64,000 nt of DNA from Acidobacteria bacterium UBA823 (GCA_002296225.1 DBHR01000080.1:13362-77361); one strand, 5' to 3'. Counted from the stretch's first letter, positions 10,982 through 21,711 are shown. Program-made: numbers and translations. Notes: a model not told the origin generated them from the letters alone.

Positions 10982-11917
10982 TCAGGTGTAGTAGGTGACC
11001 ACCTGCTCCGCCGCGTGTACATAACGGCCGCCGAAGAGGTTCACGTGTACCAGGAGCGGGTAGAGTTGGTAGAGTGGCACCCGCTCGGACGCCCCGGCGG
11101 CAAGTGGGAATACCTCGTCGTATGCGTGCGCGAACTGCTCGCTCAGAGTTCCGAACAGTTTCAACATAGCCAAATCGATTTCACGATGACCGCCATAGGC
11201 GGCGGGGTCGAGGATGCAAGGGCTCCCGTTGATATCCACGTGCAGGTTTCCGCTCCAGAGGTCCCCGTGCAGCCGGGCGGGAGGCTCTTCCGGGCCGACA
11301 AGGTCGGGGAGTCGACTTAGGAGCGACCCGAAAGTCTGTGTCCACGCCGTCGGAGCGGCCTGACGGTCGACGGCCAGGCGGACTTGTGGCTCGATTCGTC
11401 GCATGGCGTAGAACTCCGCCCAGGTCAGGCACGCGGCGTTGGTCTGCGCCAACGTCCCGATGAAGTTGTCATGAGCCAGACCGTAAGTGTCTGCTCCGCT
11501 TGCGTGTAGTGCGGCCAGCCTGCGTCCGAGCTGTTCGTCGAAATTTGTGGCGGGCGAGGCCGACGCGATGAACTCGAGTGCTAGGAATGGCGGCGACGTC
11601 TCCGAGCTGTCGCTTACGGCTAGCACCTTCGGCACCCGAATCGCTTTGGCGTCACTCAACCAGGCCAGGCCGAGCGCTTCAGTCGGAAACATACGTCGGT
11701 CGGCTCGAGCGTTCGTCTTGACGAATACCTCGCGTCGATCATCGAGCTGGACAGCGAAAGCCTCGTTGATGCTGCCACCGGGCAGCTGCCGTGTCGATGT
11801 GATGTTGGCGCCGAGCGCTAGTGCCACCGCCCGTTGGGCATCGACTCGCATGTTGGTCAGTTGAACTGATACTCCGCGCGGATCGTCTGGAGCAATCCTT
11901 GGCAGGCTACTTGACAC
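10982..11917 (-). CDS. Fructosamine/ketosamine-3-kinase family protein
   Basis: FVKTN..., LHGDLWSGN and DPAAYGGHREIDLAMLKLFG motifs. The alternative ATG at 11851 would remove the 61-nt overlap with the upstream gene. Confidence 0.85.
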   Translation of the reverse strand: MSSSLPRIAPDDPRGVSVQLTNMRVDAQRAVALALGANITSTRQLPGGSINEAFAVQLDDRREVFVKTNARADRRMFPTEALGLAWLSDAKAIRVPKVLAVSDSSETSPPFLALEFIASASPATNFDEQLGRRLAALHASGADTYGLAHDNFIGTLAQTNAACLTWAEFYAMRRIEPQVRLAVDRQAAPTAWTQTFGSLLSRLPDLVGPEEPPARLHGDLWSGNLHVDINGSPCILDPAAYGGHREIDLAMLKLFGTLSEQFAHAYDEVFPLAAGASERVPLYQLYPLLVHVNLFGGRYVHAAEQVVTYYT

Positions 11918-12339
11918 ATGTCGAACACGTTGTCGAATCCGTGTGGTCCGCCGTAATAGGGGTCGGGCACCTCCGCGTCGGCTGGCGCGGTAAGGTCGAA
12001 CACACGCAGAAGATGGACCTTCGCGCGCGCCTCGCCATCGGGTGCGAGATTGAGCAGGTCCTGCCGATTTTCAGCGTCCATGGCGATCACGTAGTCGAAG
12101 CTTGAAAAATCTTCGGCGGTGAATTGGCGTGCGCGACTGTTGAGCCCGATGCCCCTTGCCTCCGAGGCTTCCTTGGCACGCCGGTCCGGGGGGGCGCCCA
12201 CGTGGTAGGCGCCAAGCCCGGCGCTGTCGACGTCGATTTGTTCGTGCAAATGAGCGTCACGAATTAGCGATTGCATGATGCCTTCGGCCGTCGGTGACCG
12301 GCAGATATTACCGAGGCAGACAAAGCAAACCCTGACCAT
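11857..12339 (-). CDS. Low-molecular-weight protein-tyrosine phosphatase family
   Basis: P-loop VCFVCLGNICRSP (CX5R-S) directly after the ATG at 12339, and a DPYYG acid loop. The track's 232-aa ORF has an implausible 72-aa leader. Confidence 0.85.
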   Translation of the reverse strand: MVRVCFVCLGNICRSPTAEGIMQSLIRDAHLHEQIDVDSAGLGAYHVGAPPDRRAKEASEARGIGLNSRARQFTAEDFSSFDYVIAMDAENRQDLLNLAPDGEARAKVHLLRVFDLTAPADAEVPDPYYGGPHGFDNVFDMCQVACQGLLQTIRAEYQFN

Positions 12340-12576
12340 CTCACGTTTCAGAATACTGGATCTTTCACTGCGATATAATCCTGGTCTTTCCCTCAGACCC
12401 TGGAACTCACCGGCATTGCAGTAGCGACAAGCCGTCTGCAAGCTTCGCGAGATCGAGGAGATGGATGGAGCGGCCGCAGACCGGTCGTTGAGGCGCGTGC
12501 TGCCGTCGATGTATTTGGCCTGCACCTCAGACACGCAGAGTCGGTGAGCGAACAAACGAAGAAAAGGTGGTAGCGC

Positions 12577-13440
12577 ATGAGAGAGATCTCCAGACGTGCA
12601 GCGATTGGAACAGTCGGGGCGGCGTTGGGGGCGACGGCGCTCGGTTCGTCGGTTGGCTTGGCCCAGGGCCGGGTTGTGCGCAATGGCCGGTTGAAGCAGT
12701 CAGTCTCGCGGTGGCCCTACCGCGACATTCCATTGCGCACGTTCTGCGAAGCCGTTGCGGAAATGGGCCTGCCGGCGATCGACCTTCTGGAAGAGGACGA
12801 ATGGGACATCGTTGCTGAGTACGGCCTCGTTTGCTCGATGGGTTACGGTGGCGGCGGTACGATCGAAAACGGCCTGAACGTGCGCGCGAATCACGACGAG
12901 CTTGTCGCGAATCTTCAGCAAGCAATGCCGCGCGCGGTTGAGCGTAACGTGCCGAACCTCATCACGTTCTTCGGCAACCGGCGCGGTATGGGTGATCCCG
13001 AGGCCATCCGCAACTGCGTGGACGGTCTGCGGCGACTAGGGCCGGCGGCTGAGGAGCATGGCGTTACGATTTGCGTCGAATTGCTCAACAGTAAGATTGA
13101 CCATCCTGACTATCAGGGGGACCGTACGCCGTTCGGCGCCGAGATTATTCGCCGTGTCGATTCCCCACGTGTCAAGCTACTGAACGATATTTATCATATG
13201 CAGATCATGGAAGGTGACATCATCCGGACGATCCGCGACTATGCTGAGGACATTGCGCACTACCACACAGGCGGTGTGCCGGGGCGGAACGAGCTAGATG
13301 AGAACCAGGAGCTCCAGTGGCCGGCGATCTGCCGGGCGATCGTTGAGACGGGCTTTACGGGCTATGTTGCGCATGAGTTCGTGCCGACGCGTGACCCGCT
13401 GACGTCGCTACGTGAGGCCGTGGCGCTCTGCGACGTGTGA
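12577..13440 (+). CDS. Xylose-isomerase-like TIM-barrel protein (hydroxypyruvate-isomerase-like) with Tat signal
   Basis: Twin-arginine signal MREISRRAAIGTVGAALGATALG. The body VELLNSKIDHPDYQGD...DIYHMQIMEGD...HYHTGG...GYVAHEF is typical of the sugar-phosphate isomerase/epimerase family. Confidence 0.8.
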   Translation: MREISRRAAIGTVGAALGATALGSSVGLAQGRVVRNGRLKQSVSRWPYRDIPLRTFCEAVAEMGLPAIDLLEEDEWDIVAEYGLVCSMGYGGGGTIENGLNVRANHDELVANLQQAMPRAVERNVPNLITFFGNRRGMGDPEAIRNCVDGLRRLGPAAEEHGVTICVELLNSKIDHPDYQGDRTPFGAEIIRRVDSPRVKLLNDIYHMQIMEGDIIRTIRDYAEDIAHYHTGGVPGRNELDENQELQWPAICRAIVETGFTGYVAHEFVPTRDPLTSLREAVALCDV

Positions 13441-13467
13441 GACGAGTGGCCGCGTCACAGACAGACG

Positions 13468-14640
13468 ATGCTCGCTGTTGACTCCCGACTTGCCACGACC
13501 GTCCTGCAGGACTTAATCCGTATCCCGTCCGTCAATCCCGATCTTGTGTCCGGCGCTGAGGGGGAAACCCAAATCGCCGGCTACATCGCGGACAAACTGC
13601 GCGGATGGGGGCTGGCTGTTCAGGTGCAGGAGACTGCCGAACGCCGACCGAACGTCATCGCAACACTAAAGGGTTCGGGCGGTGGCCGGACGCTTCTTTT
13701 CAACGGCCATATGGACACCGTAGGTGTCGAGGGGATGGCGGAACCGTATTCCGGGAAGGTGCGTGACGGCCGTGTGTACGGCCGCGGCGCAATTGACATG
13801 AAGGGATCGCTCGCCGCCACGATGGCAGCCACGAAAGGTCTCATCGACGGAGGGCCGACCCTTCGCGGCAACGTTATCTTCACTTATGTAACCGACGAGG
13901 AATACGCGAGCGTCGGCACGACTGCGATAGCTGACGACATCCGCCAAGGTCGGTTGCCACGTCCCGACGGGGCAGTGAACACCGAGGCAACCGGCCTTCG
14001 GGTCGGCGTTGGTCACAAGGGGTTCGTTTGGCTCGAGGTTGTGACGGAAGGGAAGGCCGCTCACGGTTCCCGGCCAGACCTCGGCGTGGACGCGATTACG
14101 CATATGGGGAAGGTGCTTGTTGAGCTCGGCCGACTGCAGGAGCGGCTCACCACTGGCGATCGGCACCCGCTTCTCGGCGTTGGGTCGGTGCATGCGTCGC
14201 TGGTTGACGGCGGCCGCGAGATGTCGTCTTACCCTGATCACTGCACATTGAAGCTCGAGCGCCGGACCGTACCCCCGGAGACGGCCGACGGCGTTGCCGA
14301 TGAGCTTAAGCAGATTGTTTTCCGACTCTCAACCGAAGACCCAACGTTCCGTGCCAGGTCTAGGGTGACGTTGGTTCGCAATCCGTGGCAGGCCGATCCC
14401 CGGTCAGAAATCGTTCGAACGACGGCTGCGGCCATTGAGGCGGTCACAGGTGAACCAGCCGAGACGATGACGACAACAGGTTGGCTCGATTCGGCGTTGT
14501 TGGGTGAAGCTGGCATTCCCACCGTGATCTGCGGACCGTGCGGCGAGGGACTACATGCCGCAGTCGAATCGATCGATGTAGCTTCGCTCGGGACGTGCGC
14601 CGAGGTCTACGCGGAAATAATCCAACAGTTCTGTTCCTAG
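13468..14640 (+). CDS. M20-family metallopeptidase (ArgE/DapE/acetylornithine deacetylase-like)
   Basis: LIRIPSVNP, NGHMDTVG, GRGAIDMKG and TDEE motifs. Size is 390 aa. Confidence 0.8.
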   Translation: MLAVDSRLATTVLQDLIRIPSVNPDLVSGAEGETQIAGYIADKLRGWGLAVQVQETAERRPNVIATLKGSGGGRTLLFNGHMDTVGVEGMAEPYSGKVRDGRVYGRGAIDMKGSLAATMAATKGLIDGGPTLRGNVIFTYVTDEEYASVGTTAIADDIRQGRLPRPDGAVNTEATGLRVGVGHKGFVWLEVVTEGKAAHGSRPDLGVDAITHMGKVLVELGRLQERLTTGDRHPLLGVGSVHASLVDGGREMSSYPDHCTLKLERRTVPPETADGVADELKQIVFRLSTEDPTFRARSRVTLVRNPWQADPRSEIVRTTAAAIEAVTGEPAETMTTTGWLDSALLGEAGIPTVICGPCGEGLHAAVESIDVASLGTCAEVYAEIIQQFCS

Positions 14641-14729
14641 GATGTCATGCCACTGCTGGTCATGCTGCACCACCGACGGTTGGCGGCAGGGCGCACTTCT
14701 GCATTAGCCGCTATAGACGTCGCTGAGGC

Positions 14730-15203
14730 TCACTCGCCGACGGTTGCGAAACATTCAATTTCGAGGGCCGCGCCCAGTGCAAGTCCAGTCGAACCGAACG
14801 CGCTACGGGCCGGGAGGTGGTCCGGGAAGAACGTGACGTAAACCTCGTTCATTGCTGGCCATTGGCTCATATCGGCCATGAAGACACTGCACTTAACCAC
14901 GTGGTTCATGGACGACCCAGCGCGTTCGAGGACGCCACGAATGTTCTCGAGCGTCTGCCGTGTTTCTGCTTGGACGCCGCCCTGCGCGAGGCCGCCACCT
15001 GGCACGTTGCCGAGCTGCCCAGAAAGGTAGAGCATGTCGTCCACCCTCACGTAGGACGAGAAGGGGAGCCCGTCTTCGGCGGACGCGTATTCGACATCGG
15101 GACCCGACCGCTGGGCGCGGGTCGTGAACGAGCCAAGCGCGAACGAAACCACCGTGGCAACGACGATGAAGGTACGGATGGGCAAAGTCATGGTCGAGAA
15201 CAC
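14730..15203 (-). CDS. RidA/YjgF-family protein with N-terminal signal-like segment
   Basis: LYLSGQLG...QTRQTLENIRGVLERAGSSMNHVVKCSVFMADM...ARSAFGSTGLALGAALEIE is the RidA fold signature. The N-terminus LPIRTFIVVATVVSFALG is hydrophobic. Confidence 0.8.
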   Translation of the reverse strand: MFSTMTLPIRTFIVVATVVSFALGSFTTRAQRSGPDVEYASAEDGLPFSSYVRVDDMLYLSGQLGNVPGGGLAQGGVQAETRQTLENIRGVLERAGSSMNHVVKCSVFMADMSQWPAMNEVYVTFFPDHLPARSAFGSTGLALGAALEIECFATVGE

Positions 15204-15446
15204 TCCTTAGGCAAGGGTGAACGGTTGCAGGCCACCCGCGGCCGCACAAGGGCTATCAAACGCCATTAGACACTCGAGATCAAGCGACTGCTCGCAATCC
15301 TGGCCAGCCTCGGTGAGACACCTGTCGTCGCAGAAAGCCAGTGTGTGGGCGGGCCGGGGGCGTCCCAGGTTCGCTGGGCCTGATAGAATGCGAAGAGGTT
15401 TCGTCTCGCCTGTGGGTTCACCTCCTCGACCGACGAATTCGCTGTT

Positions 15447-18400
15447 ATGAAAATCATTCAGCACGCAGTTCGCTATCCCGTCACAACGGCAGTCGGCGTA
15501 ATTTTACTCGTACTGTTCGGCATGATCGCGCTCTTCGGCTTGCCGGTGCAGCTCACGCCAGACATCACAAAGCCAGAAGTTTCGGTGATGACGGTCTGGC
15601 CGGGTGCGAGTCCAGAGGAAGTGGAACGGGAGATCATTGACGAGCAGGAAGAGCAACTGAAGACGCTCGAAGGGCTGGAGAAAATGTTCAGCTCAAGTGC
15701 CGACAGTGTAGGCACGCTGACGCTGCGGTTCCACGTTGGTGTCGACATTGACGCAGCGCTGCTGCGGGTCTCGAATCGTCTTGAACAGGTACCGAGCTAT
15801 CCGGACGACGTCGACAAGCCCATCATTTCGTCGGAGGGATTTCGGCCGGTCGCCGTAGCCTATTTCTCTCTCGAGCCATTACCCGAGAACGGCTTTGAGG
15901 GTGACATCTCAACGCTCTGGGACCTAGCCGACGACTTCATCAAGCCGGAGTTCGAGCGGATTCCAGGCGTGGCATCGTCACAGATCTTCGGCGGACGCGA
16001 GCGCGAGTTGCAGGTGATCGTTGACCCGGCCAAACTCGCCGCGCGACAGATCACGTTTAACGAGCTGGCTGCCGCGCTCGACCGTGAGAACCGGAACTAC
16101 AGTGGGGGCGATTTCTATGAGGGCAAACGCCGCTACATTGTCCGTACGGTCGGTGAGTACCAGTCAGCCGAGGACGTCAATAACATCGTCGTGGCGATGC
16201 GGGACAGTGTGCCGGTCTACCTCCGAGATGTCGGCAAGGCGGTGCTCGGCCATCGCAAGGCATCTGACCGCGTGTTCGGGACGACCGGTCAGGTTTTAAT
16301 TCTCCCCGTCATTAAACAGGCGGGCGCTAACGTTCTGGAGATCATGGATGAGCTGCAGCTCGCCGTCGAGCGACTGAACACAGAGCGGCTCACCCCGCTC
16401 GGCCTTCAACTCACTCAGAACTACGATGAGACCGTCTACCTACGTAGCGCGATCAGCGTGGTGCAGAGCAGCCTGTTCATCGGTGCGTTGTTGGCGATTA
16501 TCGTGCTCTTGCTCTTCCTTCGGAGCGCGACGAGCACCCTTGTCATCGCGGTAGCGATTCCGACCAGCCTAATCGGGACGTTCCTCATGATGTCGTGGTT
16601 GGGACGGACGTTGAACGTCATTAGCCTTGCCGGCTTGGCCTTCGCTGTCGGCATGGCGGTCGATAACTCTATCGTCGTGCTTGAGAATATCTACCGCCAC
16701 CGGCAGATGGGAAAGCCTCGGAGTGTTGCGGCGGTCGACGGTGCCAAAGAGGTCTGGGGCGCGGTCCTCGCGAGCACCTTGACGACGGTTGCCGTTTTTG
16801 TGCCAATCGCGTTCATCGAAGAGGAAGCAGGTCAACTGTTCGGCGACATCGCCATCGCCATCAGTTGCACCGTTGGGCTCAGTTTGATCGTTGCCATCAC
16901 CTTGATTCCGAGTTTATCCGCAAGGATTCTCCGCGTTGTGCAGCCCAACGATACGCGGAGAGGTGTCCGGAACCTGTGGAGGGCTACCCACGTGGCGAGC
17001 GCCTTCAGTAACACCGTATCAGCCGGGGTGGGCTGGGTCATCGGCTCGACCGTGCGGCGTGTGGTGATCGTCGTTGTCCTGTTTGGGTCTTCAATCGGTT
17101 TGAGCGCGTGGCTTATGCCGCCCACGGAGTATCTTCCAGTTGGCAATCAGAACTTCCTGTTTGGGATTTTGTTGCCACCACCGGGCTACAACGTCGACGA
17201 GATGACCGACATCTTCTACTTGTATGAGGAGGAATTGCGTCCGCTGTGGGAGAGCGAGTCCGGTTCACCGGAAGCGTTACAGCAGCCTGGTGGTGGCATT
17301 GAGGAGTTTTTCTTCGCTGCGGTGCCGGCGATGGGGTTCATGGGTGTGTCGGCGAGGGACCCGATGCGTGTCCGTGAGCTTGTGCCGCCGTTCTTCGCGC
17401 TGAATGCCAAGGTGCCAGGTGCGATCATTGTGGCGCAGCAATTCAGCATCTTTATGTCGGGCCAGGGTGAAGGGCGGAACATTGACGTCGAATTGACCGG
17501 TCCGGACCTGGAGCGGTTGATCGGTCTCGGCGCGCGGGTCTTCGGACAGGTGATGGAGAAGCTACCTGGTGCGCAGGCGCAGCCAATCCCCGGCCTGGAC
17601 CTGGGGAACCCCGAGGTTCGGGTGGTAACTGATCGCCGCCGGGCTGCCGAGGCGGGACTGTCGAACCGCGAACTCGGTTTTGTTGTGAGCACGCTCGTGG
17701 ACGGCACGAAGGTGAGTGACTACCGGGTCGAAGGGAAAGAGATCGATCTCCGCCTAATGGCTGAGCAGAGTTCCACGCATCGAACTCACCTGCTGGAGCA
17801 AATGCCGATCGCGACCCCCGAAGGACGGGTTGTGACTCTCGGTTCGGTCGCTAACGTGTCACAGACCAGCGGCCCGGTGTCCATCGATCATCGGAATCGC
17901 GAGCGAGCAATCACTATTCAGATTACGCCCGAAGAGGAGATGCCGCTCGAAGTGGCGATGGAGATCATCCAGAATGACATTATTGGGCCGCTCCGGGAAT
18001 CTGGGCAGATGAACCATTTGGAGCGTGCAACCCTGAGCGGAAGTGCCGACAAGCTTACGCAGACGTTCAATGTGATGCAGTTCAACTTTGTGCTGGCGAT
18101 CGTGATCACGTATCTCTTGATGGCAGCGTTGTTCGAGAGCTTTCTGTATCCGTTCGTCATTATGTTCAGTGTGCCACTTGCGGCGCTCGGGGGATTTCTT
18201 GGCTTGGCGGTATTCAACGCGTTCGTGACCTATCAGGCCCTGGACGTGTTGACCATGCTCGGGTTCATCGTGCTCGTGGGCATTACGGTGAATAATGCGA
18301 TCCTCCTCGTCCATCAATCGCTGAATCACATGCGGGAGGAAGGGATGAAGGCCCAGGAGGCGATCCGCGAGTCGGTGCGTAACCGTATTCGTCCGATTTT

Positions 18401-18605
18401 CATGACGGTAACCACGACGGTGTTTGCCATGATGCCACTGGTGCTGTTTCCGGGCGCGGGGTCAGAGCTCTATCGCGGGTTGGGGAGCGTGGTCGTTGGT
18501 GGGCTGATTGTCTCGACCGTTTTCACCTTGTTCCTTGTGCCAGCGCTTTTGAGCTTGGCACTCGATTTTCGTGCGGCGATCGGACGCTGGCTGCGTCCGG
18601 TGTGA
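15447..18605 (+). CDS. RND efflux transporter permease (AcrB/HAE-type)
   Basis: 1052 aa with 12-TM/2-large-loop organisation. N-terminus MKIIQHAVRYPVTTAVGVILLVLFG..., plus AVGMAVDNSIVVLENI and VGITVNNAILLV motifs. Confidence 0.9.
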   Translation: MKIIQHAVRYPVTTAVGVILLVLFGMIALFGLPVQLTPDITKPEVSVMTVWPGASPEEVEREIIDEQEEQLKTLEGLEKMFSSSADSVGTLTLRFHVGVDIDAALLRVSNRLEQVPSYPDDVDKPIISSEGFRPVAVAYFSLEPLPENGFEGDISTLWDLADDFIKPEFERIPGVASSQIFGGRERELQVIVDPAKLAARQITFNELAAALDRENRNYSGGDFYEGKRRYIVRTVGEYQSAEDVNNIVVAMRDSVPVYLRDVGKAVLGHRKASDRVFGTTGQVLILPVIKQAGANVLEIMDELQLAVERLNTERLTPLGLQLTQNYDETVYLRSAISVVQSSLFIGALLAIIVLLLFLRSATSTLVIAVAIPTSLIGTFLMMSWLGRTLNVISLAGLAFAVGMAVDNSIVVLENIYRHRQMGKPRSVAAVDGAKEVWGAVLASTLTTVAVFVPIAFIEEEAGQLFGDIAIAISCTVGLSLIVAITLIPSLSARILRVVQPNDTRRGVRNLWRATHVASAFSNTVSAGVGWVIGSTVRRVVIVVVLFGSSIGLSAWLMPPTEYLPVGNQNFLFGILLPPPGYNVDEMTDIFYLYEEELRPLWESESGSPEALQQPGGGIEEFFFAAVPAMGFMGVSARDPMRVRELVPPFFALNAKVPGAIIVAQQFSIFMSGQGEGRNIDVELTGPDLERLIGLGARVFGQVMEKLPGAQAQPIPGLDLGNPEVRVVTDRRRAAEAGLSNRELGFVVSTLVDGTKVSDYRVEGKEIDLRLMAEQSSTHRTHLLEQMPIATPEGRVVTLGSVANVSQTSGPVSIDHRNRERAITIQITPEEEMPLEVAMEIIQNDIIGPLRESGQMNHLERATLSGSADKLTQTFNVMQFNFVLAIVITYLLMAALFESFLYPFVIMFSVPLAALGGFLGLAVFNAFVTYQALDVLTMLGFIVLVGITVNNAILLVHQSLNHMREEGMKAQEAIRESVRNRIRPIFMTVTTTVFAMMPLVLFPGAGSELYRGLGSVVVGGLIVSTVFTLFLVPALLSLALDFRAAIGRWLRPV

Positions 18606-18640
18606 CATACGCCGGGACACTGAGCCGGTAAGGGGGACCG

Positions 18641-19381
18641 ATGGCCGTCGTCCTAACCGTTCTAGGCTGCGGCGACGCTTTCGGGAGCGGCGGTCGTTTT
18701 CAGACCTGCTTCGCGATTGAAGCTGGAGATACCCGAGTCTTGCTCGATTGCGGCGCGTCGTCACTAGTTGCGATGCGGCAGGCAGGTCTTGAGCCCCGCG
18801 CGGTCGACGCCATCATTCTGACCCATCTTCACGGAGACCATTTCGGCGGCCTGCCGTTCTTTATTCTTGATGCGCAGTTCGTGTCGGAGCGCACGGCGCC
18901 GTTGACCATCGCTGGACCGCCAGGAACCGAGTCGCGTGTCCTGCAGGCAATGGAGACCTTCTTTCCAGGGTCGTCTCGCTCGCCGCGGACGTTCGAGACT
19001 CGCTATGTCGAGATGCCAGCGATGCGACCGACGATGGTCGGGGTGGTCCAAGTGACGCCCGCCGAGGTGCGACATGGGAACGGGATGCCGGCCTACGCCC
19101 TGCGGCTTGAGCTCGAAGGCCGAACGATCAGCTATTCGGGCGACACCGAATGGACCGACACGCTACTTCCGATCGCGCGCGACGCCGACCTCTTCATCTG
19201 CGAGGCGTCGGTCTTCGATAAGCGCGTCAAGGGGCACATCGCCTACACGACGCTTCTCGCGCGCCGCGAGGCGCTTGGGTGCCGGCGACTGCTCTTGACC
19301 CACATGGGACCCGACGTGCTTGCACGGCTCGAGGAGCTCGAGATCGATGCGGCAACCGACGGCCAAGTCATCACGCTATAG
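18641..19381 (+). CDS. MBL-fold metallo-hydrolase (RNase Z / phosphodiesterase-like)
   Basis: VLGCGDAF...LLDCG...ILTHLHGDHFGG (HxHxDH) motif. Size is 246 aa. Confidence 0.75.
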   Translation: MAVVLTVLGCGDAFGSGGRFQTCFAIEAGDTRVLLDCGASSLVAMRQAGLEPRAVDAIILTHLHGDHFGGLPFFILDAQFVSERTAPLTIAGPPGTESRVLQAMETFFPGSSRSPRTFETRYVEMPAMRPTMVGVVQVTPAEVRHGNGMPAYALRLELEGRTISYSGDTEWTDTLLPIARDADLFICEASVFDKRVKGHIAYTTLLARREALGCRRLLLTHMGPDVLARLEELEIDAATDGQVITL

Positions 19382-19390
19382 AATGATGCC

Positions 19391-21127
19391 ATGACCCCAC
19401 CGGCCAAGGGGCCCGCCGGCACGTCGGACCTCCCCGAAGAGGATACGGGCTCCGCATCGCCGCTCGATTTCATTCGCGCGATTGTTGCCGCCGATCTCGC
19501 TGCAAAGAAATACAAGGGCCGCGTCGCGACGCGCTTTCCACCGGAGCCCAACGGCTACTTGCATATTGGCCACGCCAAATCGATCTGTCTGAACTTCGGG
19601 GTGGCGGCGGAACATGGTGGCACTTGCAACATGAGGTTCGACGACACGAATCCTGCCGCGGAGGACATCGAATACGTTGATGCCATTCAGGCCGATATCC
19701 GGTGGCTCGGCTTCGATTGGGGTGATCGGCTTCGCTACGCCTCGGACTATTTTGAGCGGTTGTATGGCTATGCCATGCGCCTCATCGAGCGGGGGACGGC
19801 GTATGTCGATGACCTGACTGCCGAGCAGATTCGCGCATACCGTGGCACGCTGACCACGCCTGGCCGGGAGAGCCCGCATCGCGATCGGTCAGTTGAGGAG
19901 AACCTGGACCTGTTCACGCGGATGCGCGCCGGTGAGTTTCCTGACGAGTCGAAGGTGCTGCGTGCCAAGATTGATATGGCGTCCGGAAATATAAACATGC
20001 GCGATCCGGTCTTGTATCGGATCCGGCGCGCCACCCATCATCGGACTGGTGACCGATGGTGCATCTATCCGATGTACGATTTCACTCACGCACTGTCGGA
20101 TTCTATTGAAGACATCACACATTCGCTGTGCACACTGGAGTTTGAGGATCACCGACCACTCTACGACTGGGTACTCGATGAGTTGGCGGTAGCGTGTCAT
20201 CCGCAGCAGATTGAATTTGCCCGGTTGAATCTTTCCTACACAGTCCTCAGTAAGCGGAAGCTGTTGACGCTGGTCAAGGAGGGATACGTTTCTGGATGGG
20301 ACGACCCGCGCATGCCGACCTTGGTTGGGATGCGTCGGCGTGGGTACCCGCCGGAAGCCATCCGCACATTCTGTGACCGGATTGGGATGGCCAAACGCGA
20401 GAACGTTGTCGACGTTGCCGTACTCGAGCATGCTGTTCGCGAAGAACTCAACCGAACATCACCGCGCGTAATGGCGGTCTTACGACCGCTCAAGGTTGTC
20501 ATCCAGAACTACCCGGAGGGGCAGGTCGAAGAGGTCGATGCTATTAATAACCCCGAAGATCCCGCCGCTGGCACGCGCAAGGTGCCGTTTTCACGAGTGT
20601 TGTATCTGGAGCGCGATGATTTTTGCGAAGACCCGCCAAAAAAGTTCTTTCGTTTAGCACCTGGTCGGGAAGTACGGCTCCGGTGCGCGTATTTCATTAC
20701 CTGTGTTGATGTTGTGAAGAATGATCAGGGTGAGATCGTTGAGTTAAAGTGCACCTATGACCCGGCCACCCGCGGCGGGTCCGCTCCAGACGGCCGAAAG
20801 GTGAAGGCGACCCTGCACTGGGTCTCGGCCTCGCACGCACTTGTGGCCCGCGTACGGCTCTACGACCGATTATTTCTTGACGAACATCCTGGGGAACGCC
20901 GAGATTCTCTCGAGGCGCTCAACCCGGACTCTCTGGAGGTAATTGACACGTGCCGCGTTGAGCCGAGCGTAGCGTCGGTGGCTACGGGCGACCGCTACCA
21001 GTTTGAGCGCCTCGGTTACTTCTGCGTCGACCCGGATTCGACGGACGATTCACTCGTCTTTAATCGCACTGTGTCGCTGCGCGACGTATGGGCGAGAATC
21101 GCACGAACGATGAAGGCAAGGGGATGA
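19391..21127 (+). CDS. glnS: Glutamine--tRNA ligase
   Basis: [17 protein letters not shown] (HIGH), YTVLSKRKL (KMSKS-equivalent) and a C-terminal anticodon-binding domain ending [13 protein letters not shown]. Confidence 0.9.
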   Translation: MTPPAKGPAGTSDLPEEDTGSASPLDFIRAIVAADLAAKKYKGRVATRFPPEPNGYLHIGHAKSICLNFGVAAEHGGTCNMRFDDTNPAAEDIEYVDAIQADIRWLGFDWGDRLRYASDYFERLYGYAMRLIERGTAYVDDLTAEQIRAYRGTLTTPGRESPHRDRSVEENLDLFTRMRAGEFPDESKVLRAKIDMASGNINMRDPVLYRIRRATHHRTGDRWCIYPMYDFTHALSDSIEDITHSLCTLEFEDHRPLYDWVLDELAVACHPQQIEFARLNLSYTVLSKRKLLTLVKEGYVSGWDDPRMPTLVGMRRRGYPPEAIRTFCDRIGMAKRENVVDVAVLEHAVREELNRTSPRVMAVLRPLKVVIQNYPEGQVEEVDAINNPEDPAAGTRKVPFSRVLYLERDDFCEDPPKKFFRLAPGREVRLRCAYFITCVDVVKNDQGEIVELKCTYDPATRGGSAPDGRKVKATLHWVSASHALVARVRLYDRLFLDEHPGERRDSLEALNPDSLEVIDTCRVEPSVASVATGDRYQFERLGYFCVDPDSTDDSLVFNRTVSLRDVWARIARTMKARG

Positions 21128-21176
21128 GGCACACTCACGCCGGCTCACCCCGGTCCAGGTTTGAGGAGGTGACTCC

Positions 21177-21617
21177 ATGACCGGCTTGCTGCTTTTTGCG
21201 CTGCTCGTAGGTCTCGTGCTGCCGTTGCAGGCGGGCATCAACTCCCAGCTTAGAACCCACATCGGTCACCCGCTGTGGGCCGCGCTCATTTCGTTCAGCG
21301 TCGGTACGGGCATGCTCGCCGTGGTCCTAGCCGTGACCCGCGCCGGGTGGCCGGTTGTCGGGTGGGTCGGCCGTGTGCCTTGGTGGCAGTGGACGGGTGG
21401 TGTACTCGGCGCCACGTTCGTCACGTCCGCTGTCGTCCTGGCGCCCCGATTGGGTGCAGCCACGCTGGTCGCCGCCGTTGTGGCTGGCCAGATGATCGGC
21501 TCGCTCCTCATCGATCACTATGGCATTGTCGGCTATCCGCAGCACTCGGTGAGTGTCGAGCGCGTCATAGGTGTGGCGCTGGTCATGGCCGGTGTGGCAC
21601 TCATTCAGTACCGATGA
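21177..21617 (+). CDS. DMT-superfamily small membrane protein (DUF606/YdcZ-like)
   Basis: 146 aa with 4-5 TM helices. N-terminus LPLQAGINSQLR is typical of DUF606. Confidence 0.7.
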   Translation: MTGLLLFALLVGLVLPLQAGINSQLRTHIGHPLWAALISFSVGTGMLAVVLAVTRAGWPVVGWVGRVPWWQWTGGVLGATFVTSAVVLAPRLGAATLVAAVVAGQMIGSLLIDHYGIVGYPQHSVSVERVIGVALVMAGVALIQYR

Positions 21618-21711
21618 CAACCTCGCAAATTTCTAACCGGATTATCTGCGCTGTAAGCGCTGCTTACGCTGCCGACCTGTCGGTGTGCCAAGCCCAGTCG
21701 AGTTGAAGCGC

